Shown: positions 9,472 to 17,775, counted from the stretch's first letter. The stretch: 64,000 nt of DNA from an uncultured Gammaproteobacteria bacterium (GCA_964573695.1 CAZNKB010000001.1:231-64230); one strand, 5' to 3'. Program-made: numbers and translations. Notes: generated from the sequence alone by a model not told the origin.

Positions 9472-9997
9472 ATGCCAAAAGCCTCCGGAGCGCGGTTTTT
9501 GCCCTGCGCAAATGCGTCCGTACTGTGTTTACCGGAAGGTGCATCTTCTTGCTCATTTGTTCATACGACAAATCTTCGAAATAGTAAAGAGTAATTACCT
9601 TCTTATATTTTGCGTCTATCGCCTCTAATGCCCGAGCTATTCGCTGTTTTTCGTCGTTTCTCATGAGTGTCTCGTCCGGCTGCTCGGAGTCGGATATATG
9701 TTCAGCTGTTTCAAGGGGAACATGTCTCAAGCGGCTTCGCAAGTAAGAAATTGATTTATTCCGTGCTATGGAATACACATACGTCGAAAACTTCCTGGTG
9801 TCGTCAACGTTATCTATCGTTTTGTAAAGACTTATGAATGTGTCCTGAACCACATCCTGGGCCATAATAGAGTCGCGAATGAGGTAGGTGACAAAAGAAT
9901 ATAATTTGTTTTGGTATCTCAAAACAAGCTGTTCAAAGGCCGACACACTTCCTTCCTTTACCGCACGTAACAACGACTCATCGCTCTCTTTGTGCAT
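9458..9997 (-). CDS. ECF-type RNA polymerase sigma-70 factor
   Basis: Region 2 (FEQLVLRYQNKLYSFV...DVVQDTFI) and region 4 (DLSYEQMSKKMHLPVNTVRTHLRRA). The track ORF starts at TTG (10009); ATG at 9997 follows TATAAT and GGGAG. Confidence 0.8.
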   Translation of the reverse strand: MHKESDESLLRAVKEGSVSAFEQLVLRYQNKLYSFVTYLIRDSIMAQDVVQDTFISLYKTIDNVDDTRKFSTYVYSIARNKSISYLRSRLRHVPLETAEHISDSEQPDETLMRNDEKQRIARALEAIDAKYKKVITLYYFEDLSYEQMSKKMHLPVNTVRTHLRRAKTALRRLLAYEAT

Positions 9998-10027
9998 ACG
10001 TGCTCCCAATTATAGTACAATACGATC

Positions 10028-10888
10028 ATGAAAGCCGGTGTTGTCGCCCTTGTAGGACGCCCCAATGTAGGAAAATCCACCCTTCTTAATACTCTTTTAG
10101 GACAGAAGGTCTCTATCACGTCTCCAAAACCGCAGACAACCAGGTTTTCTATTCAGGCAGTATATGAGGAAGAACGCGGGCAAATCGTTTTCATGGACAC
10201 TCCCGGAGTCTTCTCCAAAGTGAAAGATCAGGTTGCCGCCCGGATAAACTTACGGACGGAAGAAACTATTGACCGGGGCGTCGACGTTATCGTCTACATG
10301 GTGGACCATACGAGAGAACGGGCAGAGGAAGAGAACCGGGTGCTCGGTATTGTAAGAAAGGTCAAAACACCCAAAATTCTTGTCATAAATAAAACCGATA
10401 TCACATCCCCTTCACACATCGTGCAGTATCGCTTCATGGAAGAAGAATTCGATAAAGTCGTGTCGATATCAGCACTCAACAATAAGCACATCCCGCTTCT
10501 TTTGGATGCGATATTCGAATATCTCCCCGAGGGGAAACCGATTGTTGATACTCACGACATGATCCAACCCGGGCTCAACCTGGACAGCAAAATGTTTATT
10601 TCGGAAATCATCCGTGAAAAAGCATTTTTAAACCTACGACGTGAAATTCCTTATGCAATCACCGCAGTCGTTGACGATATAGAGGAGCGGGATAACGGGG
10701 TCACCTTCATCAAAGCAAGGCTTCTCACTTCCGCCGACCGGTATAAAGGCATGATCATCGGAAAAAACGGCGACATGATAAAAGAAATTAGCATGGCCGC
10801 ACGCAAAGAACTTGAGGTTGCTGCAAACAAAAAGGTGTATCTGGAACTGACGGTAGAAACCGATCCTCACTGGATCGATTATGTGTAA
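10028..10888 (+). CDS. era: GTPase Era
   Basis: G1 GRPNVGKST, G3 DTPG, G4 NKTD, C-terminal KH domain. Confidence 0.9.
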   Translation: MKAGVVALVGRPNVGKSTLLNTLLGQKVSITSPKPQTTRFSIQAVYEEERGQIVFMDTPGVFSKVKDQVAARINLRTEETIDRGVDVIVYMVDHTRERAEEENRVLGIVRKVKTPKILVINKTDITSPSHIVQYRFMEEEFDKVVSISALNNKHIPLLLDAIFEYLPEGKPIVDTHDMIQPGLNLDSKMFISEIIREKAFLNLRREIPYAITAVVDDIEERDNGVTFIKARLLTSADRYKGMIIGKNGDMIKEISMAARKELEVAANKKVYLELTVETDPHWIDYV

Positions 10889-10890
10889 CC

Positions 10891-12291
10891 CTATTTATCT
10901 AATTTGAGCCTTGAAATCGTCGGCCCAGACCTCAATACTTCCAGAGATTCCAATAGTGGCGGTCCAACGGACTTCCCTGTGATTTTAACGCGCACGTCCA
11001 TAAACACGTCCTTCGCTTTCTGATTGTTCTTTTCCGCCTCTTCCCGAATGGCTTTTTCCATTGCGTCATGCGTCCAGTTGTTTTCTACTGATTTCAATGC
11101 TGTTGTGGCGGTGCTTAGCAAAGCAGGATTAACCTCTTTTTCATAAACGGACGGCTCCGCGTAGAAAAAGCCTGCCAGTGACCAAAATTCAGCAAGAGTT
11201 TTCATACGCTCTTTCACGAGCGGGAGTATTTGTTTCATCGTTATATCATCATGTGGAATCTTGGAGTCAAATGCATACAATTTCTCCATAAGCTCTCCAT
11301 CACTCATCTGGCGTATATATTCCCCATTCATCCATCGCAGTTTTTCCACATCAAAAATGGGTGCCGATGTTTTAAGCTGGGATATTTCAAACACGTCTCT
11401 CATCTCATGCACCGAAAACACATCCCGTCCGTCCGGATACGACCAAGCCAGACTCGCGAGGTAATTCAGTATTGCCTCCGGCAAATATCCTTTTGCCTTA
11501 TAGTCAGAAACCCAGACGGGATTTTTTCTCTTGCTTAATTTGCTTCTATCAGGATTTCGCAGTACCGAAACATGCGCGATATTGGGAATATCCCACCCGA
11601 AAAACTGATACAACAGAATGTGCTTAGGTGTTGATGATATCCACTCCTCCCCGCGGATGATATGGGAAATTTTCATCTCATGATCATCAACAACCACACC
11701 GAGATGATACGTCGGAAAATTATCGGATTTGAGAATTACCTGATCGTCTATCAGCGCATTTTCAAACGAAACTTCTCCGCGGATAAGATCTGTAAACGTC
11801 GTGACTCCCTCATCCGGTACACTCATGCGGATGACATGGCGCTCTCCTTTTTCTACTCGGCTTTTGGCCTCGTCGGGATCGATTACCTTGCACAAACCGT
11901 CGTACATCGGCGGCTTATGCGCTACCTCCTGCTTCTTGCGCATTTCTTCCAGACGCTCTGACGTGCAGAAACAATAATATGCATGACCTTTGTCAATGAG
12001 TTCTTCTGCGTATTTTCTATAGCTTTCCAGGCGATCCGATTGGCGGTATGGGGCATAAGGGCCACCGATATCGGGACCCTCGTCATGAGGAATACCCAAC
12101 CAGTCAAGCGATGCCAATATCCGCATCTCTGACCCTTCCACCAGTCTCGTCCGATCGGTATCCTCGATGCGGATAATAAACTGACCTCCGGCCTTTTTAG
12201 CCACGACGTAATTTACGAGCGCTGTGTAGGCATTACCGATATGGAGATCTTGGCCGGTCGGAGACGGCGCAATTCGGGTTCTCACGGTCAT
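10891..12291 (-). CDS. gltX: Glutamyl-tRNA synthetase
   Basis: HIGN (class I HIGH) at PSPTGQDLHIGNA; KMSKS (KLSKR). Confidence 0.9.
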   Translation of the reverse strand: MTVRTRIAPSPTGQDLHIGNAYTALVNYVVAKKAGGQFIIRIEDTDRTRLVEGSEMRILASLDWLGIPHDEGPDIGGPYAPYRQSDRLESYRKYAEELIDKGHAYYCFCTSERLEEMRKKQEVAHKPPMYDGLCKVIDPDEAKSRVEKGERHVIRMSVPDEGVTTFTDLIRGEVSFENALIDDQVILKSDNFPTYHLGVVVDDHEMKISHIIRGEEWISSTPKHILLYQFFGWDIPNIAHVSVLRNPDRSKLSKRKNPVWVSDYKAKGYLPEAILNYLASLAWSYPDGRDVFSVHEMRDVFEISQLKTSAPIFDVEKLRWMNGEYIRQMSDGELMEKLYAFDSKIPHDDITMKQILPLVKERMKTLAEFWSLAGFFYAEPSVYEKEVNPALLSTATTALKSVENNWTHDAMEKAIREEAEKNNQKAKDVFMDVRVKITGKSVGPPLLESLEVLRSGPTISRLKLDK

Positions 12292-12364
12292 ACGATTGAT
12301 TCTATCAAGTCATATCCATATACTCAATGTAGGGGTACTCACCTCTTGTGGTACCATACTGCCT

Positions 12365-13423
12365 ATGGGTTCACTTACTGAAACAGCTTTCTATACCAGA
12401 AGGACGATCAACTGGACGATCATCGGGATCATCGGCTATGTTCTCTTGCGGATCTTTTGGGGCCTCGTGGTGACGGTCTATCTCACCATATTTCCGCCGA
12501 AACCTCCCCCTCCAAACCATGCATTCGGCAGTCTACCCGCTGTTATCTTCCCGCCGAAGCAAGCATCTCCTTCGGCCCAACTTATCTTCCAACTTCAAAC
12601 TATTGAAGGCTCCGTGCCTGTAGCTTCGGTATCCGCAAATATTTACTTTATGCCCAAGAAAGGATCGAACTTACTGGCGCTTTCGACAGCTCAGGCGTTT
12701 GCAAAACGTCTCGGCTTTACGACGACGCCCGTGCCGGAACCGTCGAACAAAAATATATATCGATTTGACGACCTGAGTAACCCATTGCGACATCTCTGGT
12801 ACGATATCGTTTCCACGAACTTTATCATCCGGTATGATTTTCAGCAGGATGCAGGACTATTCCTCAACAGTAAAGTTCCCTCTGCGGTTGAAGCCAAATC
12901 GGAAGCCAAAAACATGCTTCAGACCTATGGATTATATCCGGAAGACTTTAACGGTGGAGACGTACGCGTCACGTACTATAAAGTCGCGGAAAATTCACTC
13001 GTTCCGGTCTCCAGCCAGTCACAAGCCGATGCAGTCAGGGTCGATTTTTATCGTCCGAATATCGCAAGTACCCGAGTCGTCACGGGAACACTCTCGGAAG
13101 GGCCGATATCAATCGTATTGTCGGGATCAGGAAATGCCAAAAAACGCGTCCTTCAGTTTTCTTATGCGTATTGGCCGATTGATTACAGTACGGTAGCGAC
13201 ATATGCCCTGAAAACCAGCACCCAGGCATGGCAGGAATTACAGGTAGGCGGCGGATTTATACTTCAGCTTCCGAAAACTCCGCTCGTGACGGTACGAAAC
13301 GTCTATCTGGCATACTATGATTCGGTGGCTCCCCAAACATATCTGCAACCGGTGTTCGTCTTTGAGGGGGACGACGGATTTATCGCGTATGTATCGGCGG
13401 TCAGCCCGGAATTCATCGAGTGA
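12365..13423 (+). CDS. Hypothetical membrane-anchored protein
   Basis: TM helix then proline-rich linker. No recognisable domain. Start chosen at MGSLTE. Confidence 0.35.
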   Translation: MGSLTETAFYTRRTINWTIIGIIGYVLLRIFWGLVVTVYLTIFPPKPPPPNHAFGSLPAVIFPPKQASPSAQLIFQLQTIEGSVPVASVSANIYFMPKKGSNLLALSTAQAFAKRLGFTTTPVPEPSNKNIYRFDDLSNPLRHLWYDIVSTNFIIRYDFQQDAGLFLNSKVPSAVEAKSEAKNMLQTYGLYPEDFNGGDVRVTYYKVAENSLVPVSSQSQADAVRVDFYRPNIASTRVVTGTLSEGPISIVLSGSGNAKKRVLQFSYAYWPIDYSTVATYALKTSTQAWQELQVGGGFILQLPKTPLVTVRNVYLAYYDSVAPQTYLQPVFVFEGDDGFIAYVSAVSPEFIE

Positions 13424-13426
13424 TTA

Positions 13427-14401
13427 TTACGACGGAGGAGAAAACGACTGCCATTCGTAAGTTGCAAATACCCAATTGATGAGCATTTCGGTATCTACAA
13501 ATCGATTCTGACTCTTGAGTACCACGATAACGACTCTGTGTCCGTTGCGCTCAACGAGCGTCACCAAATTTTCTCCTGCTTCCTCCGTCCAACCGGTTTT
13601 GATGCCCGCCACACCGGGTATTTTACCCAATAATGTGTTCACGTTCGTAAGCGGATGAAAACGCGTATGGGTAACATCCGATATGGTTATTTGAGGAATA
13701 GCCACGATTTTTGCAATCGTTTTGTTGGTCAGCGCAAAGGCTGCTAATCGGGTAAGGTCGATAGCTGTCATCACGTGGTTAGGATCATCGAATCCAACAG
13801 GGTTAGTAAAAAACGAGTTTGTCAGATGCAAATTTTTTGCCTTCTCGTTCATTGCCGTAACGAAGGCGGGTACTCCACCCGGAAAATGCTCCGCCAGTGC
13901 CCATGCGGCGTCATTACCCGACTGCACCAGTGCACCGTAAAGTAAATTCTCTACCGTAATTTCTTCTCCCGGAACAAGCCCCATAACCGCCCCGCTATTT
14001 GCCACTGTAGCGACCTTTACGATTTCATCCAGATTATAATGATCAAGAGCCACCAGGGCTGTCATGATCTTGGTCGTCGACGCCGGAAAGAGTGAAACTT
14101 CAGTATTGCGTCCAAACAGCGTGACCCCGCTTACCAGGTCGTACACGACAACTCCCGTTGCTGATATTTCCAAACCCGGGTACACACCTGATTTGTTTAT
14201 CGGGTATGGAGCCTGTGTCGGAGTCGGAAACGGAAACGGCAACAACCGATGTATGGGACTGCCTACCGCTGACATTTTCGTATAGATCTGACTGCCCGGG
14301 GAAAATACGAACCAAACACTGAATATCAAAAGAAAAAGGAGCTTATCCCACTGACGAACGATCCAGGATGTACGAAACCGGTTTATGATTGAGTTAGGCA
14401 T
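13427..14401 (-). CDS. D-alanyl-D-alanine carboxypeptidase (S11 peptidase, PBP5/6-like)
   Basis: SxxK (ASTTK), SGN (VQSGND), KTG motifs and an N-terminal membrane anchor. Confidence 0.8.
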   Translation of the reverse strand: MPNSIINRFRTSWIVRQWDKLLFLLIFSVWFVFSPGSQIYTKMSAVGSPIHRLLPFPFPTPTQAPYPINKSGVYPGLEISATGVVVYDLVSGVTLFGRNTEVSLFPASTTKIMTALVALDHYNLDEIVKVATVANSGAVMGLVPGEEITVENLLYGALVQSGNDAAWALAEHFPGGVPAFVTAMNEKAKNLHLTNSFFTNPVGFDDPNHVMTAIDLTRLAAFALTNKTIAKIVAIPQITISDVTHTRFHPLTNVNTLLGKIPGVAGIKTGWTEEAGENLVTLVERNGHRVVIVVLKSQNRFVDTEMLINWVFATYEWQSFSPPS

Positions 14402-16274
14402 CTTTGGAAAATTCCCCCGCGACCGGGTTCGCTACTTTTTCATATCCCGACTCACTCATCCGCATGGAATGGGTATGAAGACCGGCATTAAACGACACGT
14501 GTGAATTATGCCGCACCGATGTATCCATATATAAGGGTATACCGAATATTTTCCCGAACGGCGGGACTGCTCCTATAGTTACCCCGGTCACCGACTCTAC
14601 CTCTTCCGGGGTTGCCATACGCAAATCCCGAATATGATAAAGGGATTTAAATGATTTCATGTCCAATTTCCGATTTCCCGGAATCACGACCATAATAGGC
14701 TTTCCGTCCGCAAAGAGAAGCAGCGCTTTCGCACCCTCTGAAAGAGGGGTATTTCTTACTTTTGCCGCCTCTTCGGATGTATGCACTGCCTCATGGGTGT
14801 ATGGCTCGAAATCTATTCCTGCGGATTTGATCTCATCAGCGATACGCGCATATACTGCGTTCCCGTCTGCGGGTTTGGCTTTGTGAACCGATTTAACGGC
14901 AATGCCTAGCTCTGTTAATTGTTCCGGCGCGGCACTACTCGGCGCATCCATAACCGAGGTAGTACCTGAGGCTGATGTGGGAAAAGCCATAACTTCACGC
15001 ACGCTTGGCTCACCCAAAACCGCCATAAGAAACCGGTCTATGCCAGGTGCAATTCCCCCGTGCGGGGGCACGCCGAACCCGAATGCGGTAAGCATATGGG
15101 CAAATTCCTCTTTTTGCGCATCACTAAATCCGATAAGGTCAAATACCTTCGATTGTACCTCCGGCTGGTGGATACGCACACTTCCTCCTCCGACTTCAAA
15201 ACCATTAAGGACCAAGTCATGCTGAAGGCCGCGTACCTTCATAGGATCGGTATCCAAAAGGGGTATGTCGTCAGGATGAGGAGCGGTAAACATATGGTGG
15301 GAAGGTGCAAATTTAGCCTTGCCCGACCCAAAAAAGAAATCATCATCCTTCTGCTCGTTAAACAGAGGAAAATCAATTGTCCAGCTAAACGCTAGCTCAT
15401 CAGGATCGTTTTTATCCTTGCGCAAATCCGGCTTATCCGTGCCATACTTCTCCATGACTTCTTTATGCGAAATCCGCGGCCACGGCGACTGTGTCATGTG
15501 TTTATTCGGGAAAAGGTCTTTTACGACTGCGGTGAAAAGCTCTTCGGCCAGCAGGATAATATCATCTTGTGTCACAAACGACATTTCCATATCGAGCTGT
15601 GTAAATTCCCCGTATGCGCGATCCCGTCGGGGATCCTCATCGCGGAAACACCGTGCAATCTGAAAATATCGCTCCATACCCGCAACCATAAGCAGTTGTT
15701 TGTACTGCTGAGGCGATTGTGGCAAAGCATAAAACTTCCCTTGCTGTAGCCGGGAGGGAACAAGAAAATCTCTCGCCCCTTCGGGAGTCGTTTTCGTTAA
15801 CACCGGCGTCTCTATTTCTACAAAATCTTTCTCAAGTAAAAAGTTACGGATAAATCCCACCACTTTACTGCGCAACCTTATATTGTGTGCCATACGGGGG
15901 CGACGCAAATCAAGATATCGGTATTTTGTTCTGATCTCTTCATTTATCTCATAACCGGAGGAGTCAATCGGAAACGGCAATTCCTTTGCTTTGGAAATAA
16001 CACGAAGCTCTCGGAGCTCTACTTCTATCTCCCCTGTGGTGATTTTAGGGTTTATCATCGCCTCCGGGCGCTTTTTGACGAGGCCCACAACCTCTACCAC
16101 ATCTTCCGCCCTGGCGTCTCCCATGGATTTGGCGCCGACCGTTTGCACGACTCCGGAACGGTCGCGGAGATCCAAAAACATAATCTTGCCGTGATCTCGC
16201 CGTGCCAAAACCCACCCCTTCATGGTTACCGTCTCTCCGATCATTCCCGGTGTTTCACTCGCTAAAGAACGCAT
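14394..16274 (-). CDS. aspS: Aspartyl-tRNA synthetase lacking the GAD insertion, fused to a C-terminal YbaK/ProX-like aminoacyl-tRNA deacylase domain
   Basis: OB-fold N-terminus; class II motifs 2 (FRDEDPRRDR..EFTQLDMEM) and 3 (GGIAPGIDR). DKPDLR is followed directly by ...SWTIDFPLF with no GAD domain. The last ~165 aa (GAKALLLFADGKPIMVVIPGNRKLDM...GAVPPFG...HVSFNAG) are YbaK-like. Confidence 0.85.
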   Translation of the reverse strand: MRSLASETPGMIGETVTMKGWVLARRDHGKIMFLDLRDRSGVVQTVGAKSMGDARAEDVVEVVGLVKKRPEAMINPKITTGEIEVELRELRVISKAKELPFPIDSSGYEINEEIRTKYRYLDLRRPRMAHNIRLRSKVVGFIRNFLLEKDFVEIETPVLTKTTPEGARDFLVPSRLQQGKFYALPQSPQQYKQLLMVAGMERYFQIARCFRDEDPRRDRAYGEFTQLDMEMSFVTQDDIILLAEELFTAVVKDLFPNKHMTQSPWPRISHKEVMEKYGTDKPDLRKDKNDPDELAFSWTIDFPLFNEQKDDDFFFGSGKAKFAPSHHMFTAPHPDDIPLLDTDPMKVRGLQHDLVLNGFEVGGGSVRIHQPEVQSKVFDLIGFSDAQKEEFAHMLTAFGFGVPPHGGIAPGIDRFLMAVLGEPSVREVMAFPTSASGTTSVMDAPSSAAPEQLTELGIAVKSVHKAKPADGNAVYARIADEIKSAGIDFEPYTHEAVHTSEEAAKVRNTPLSEGAKALLLFADGKPIMVVIPGNRKLDMKSFKSLYHIRDLRMATPEEVESVTGVTIGAVPPFGKIFGIPLYMDTSVRHNSHVSFNAGLHTHSMRMSESGYEKVANPVAGEFSKDA

Positions 16275-16485
16275 ACAACCTCCATGTTAGCATTAATTAC
16301 CACAAAAAAAGGCACCATTTATGTATAAGGCCCGCCAAATTGGCGAGGGTACCACCTTATGTTCCGTTCTGCACGGGTCTCATTACTGCTATAACGGGCT
16401 TACCCGATTCGATTTTGTCGAACAGCTCCGGCGTGTCAGGCCGTCTGCGCTTGTTTCAAACTGATTATAAATCACTCTTTACCGG

Positions 16486-16515
16486 TTGACAAGTCAAAAA
16501 AGCAGTATGTATAAT
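16486..16515 (+). promoter_or_regulatory. Near-consensus sigma70 promoter (TTGACA-18-TATAAT, TG immediately upstream of -10)
   Basis: TTGACA at 16486-16491 and TATAAT at 16510-16515. No protein-coding gene follows on this strand. Confidence 0.6.
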
Positions 16516-16521
16516 AGGATT

Positions 16522-16662
16522 TCGTTATGAAAAGCCAAGCGTGGTATCACTTTATGACCCTTATTTCCCTCCGAAAGGTCGAGGGGGTCGTGTGATGCGC
16601 GCATAACTTTTTTTTAAAAAATAAGCACCACACGAACCCTCCAGACCGGAGGGTTTTTATTT
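16522..16662 (+). ncRNA. Candidate small structured RNA, class unknown
   Basis: Strong promoter upstream, internal hairpins (CCCUC..GAGGG), 5' GUUAUG / 3' CAUAAC pairing, a U8 tract at 16608-16615 and an intrinsic terminator at 16637-16662. No credible ORF. Confidence 0.35.
16637..16662 (+). terminator. Intrinsic terminator (CCCUCC-AGACC-GGAGGG-UUUUUAUUU)
   Basis: 6-bp GC stem plus U tract. Confidence 0.65.
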
Positions 16663-16698
16663 GACTGTTAGCAAGTAAATTCATATTTACGAGCTTAT

Positions 16699-16750
16699 CA
16701 GCCAAATATGGTTTCGCGCTGAGCGCAAATTGCTCCATGCGAAACCATTA
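16699..16750 (+). repeat. Repeat hairpin R1 (GCCAAATATGGTTTCGC...GCGAAACCAT, 10-bp stem)
   Basis: Shares the core CCAAATATGGTTT.....AAACCATT with R2 at 17717-17767. Both lie ~30 nt downstream of a terminator ending TTTTTATTTG. Confidence 0.5.
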
Positions 16751-16776
16751 ATGCGGTGGATGCAAAGGAAACTATA

Positions 16777-16953
16777 TGAACGAATTATCAGGACCAACCG
16801 AGACGAACCGACCGACCGTTCCACGGACTCCGGTGATATGGAAAATTGCGTCAGTAACCGACGAACACCAGTCGGTTACGGTCGTGTTTCCTGTAACTTC
16901 GGAGATACCGGAGCAAAACCGAAGCACAAATGAGATTGAGGAAAAACAAGAGT
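16777..16953 (+). CDS. Small acidic ORF (58 aa), hypothetical
   Basis: AAGGAAA 8 nt upstream of ATG. Followed by an intrinsic terminator at ~17016-17053. Below the ORF-track size cutoff. Confidence 0.2.
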
Positions 16954-17015
16954 AAGCATAGTGAATGTTGCACTTTTACAAGTACATAGCGACGACGTTA
17001 TTGACCGACGATGAA

Positions 17016-17053
17016 GACAGAAACCCCTGTCCTTTCTGTCTTTTTCTTTGTTC
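17016..17053 (+). terminator. Intrinsic terminator (GACAGAAA-loop-UUUCUGUC-UUUUUCUUUGUU)
   Basis: Perfect 8-bp stem plus U tract. Confidence 0.6.
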
Positions 17054-17150
17054 TATATCCGCTCAACCAAAGGAGATCTACCGCGTATAAGTTTATTTAA
17101 TGAACCACCACTCACCCGACCAAAAACCACACTATTAAGAGGAGTATCGT

Positions 17151-17408
17151 ATGTCAACCAAAAAAGCACAACCTGTTAACCTAAAACGCGCAGTGCAAAG
17201 CGTTATGTCGTTGTTACCACGTAGTCAGTCAAACGATGGATGCCAATGCACAGACAAGTCTCATCGCCGTCGAGGTCGCAAAACCTGCGGAGCCCCTACA
17301 CCAGGGAGACCCAACAAGATTTGTGCCAGATGCGAAAAAGGTCACGTGCATCAAAATCACGATGACAGAACCACTGAGCCGAAACCTCAGCGGACCCGCC
17401 GTCATTGA
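17151..17408 (+). CDS. Small basic Cys/His-rich protein (85 aa), possible zinc-ribbon, function unknown
   Basis: Strong SD (AAGAGGAG) 7 nt upstream. C-x-C ... C ... C-x2-C plus HxH. Hairpin and U-rich tail at 17426-17469. Confidence 0.35.
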   Translation: MSTKKAQPVNLKRAVQSVMSLLPRSQSNDGCQCTDKSHRRRGRKTCGAPTPGRPNKICARCEKGHVHQNHDDRTTEPKPQRTRRH

Positions 17409-17638
17409 AGAGCCGTCGTCGTCACGTGGAGACCTCATTTCCTGGGGTCTCCACCCCTTTATATTTGGGCCGCTATAGGCAAAGAATAAATATAAGCAAA
17501 TTGCTGCTTCCCATTTATTTTGTATTCCTATACACCCACTTCGACATTTTTGTCTTCATAAACGCTTTTTCTGAAGGAGTGAAACCATACGGCTTCACTG
17601 TTTCAATCCAAGCGTTTATGAGGAATATATATTATTAA

Positions 17639-17690
17639 TCCCCGTGTTCAACGGCACTAGCGCCGAACTGAACGCGGGGATTTTTTATTT
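17639..17690 (+). terminator. Intrinsic terminator (12-bp stem with one G-U pair, then UUUUUUAUUU)
   Basis: UCCCCGUGUUCA...UGAACGCGGGGA followed by T6AT3. Confidence 0.65.
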
Positions 17691-17716
17691 GGCAGTTTCC
17701 CTGTAATCAGGGATTA

Positions 17717-17767
17717 CTGCCAAATATGGTTTGCCCCGCGAAGCGGACTGCGAAGCGCAAACCATTG
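17717..17767 (+). repeat. Repeat hairpin R2 (GCCAAATATGGTTTGC...GCAAACCAT)
   Basis: Second copy of the R1 module; overlaps the last codons of recJ. Confidence 0.5.
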
Positions 17768-17775
17768 TGGACACT

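Noticed and set aside
16547-16933. ORFs 16547-16738(-) and 16730-16933(+) in the island
   Set aside because: They run through terminator and repeat hairpins and have no RBS. The alternative 58-aa frame with an RBS (16777-16953) is the only semi-plausible coding candidate here.
16275-17775. Possibility that the island encodes tmRNA or SRP RNA
   Set aside because: I looked for the tmRNA tag frame with a ..CCACCA end, the GGUUCGA-type T-loop, and the SRP domain IV motif (GGAAG..AGCAGC). None is present. The class of the sRNA stays open.
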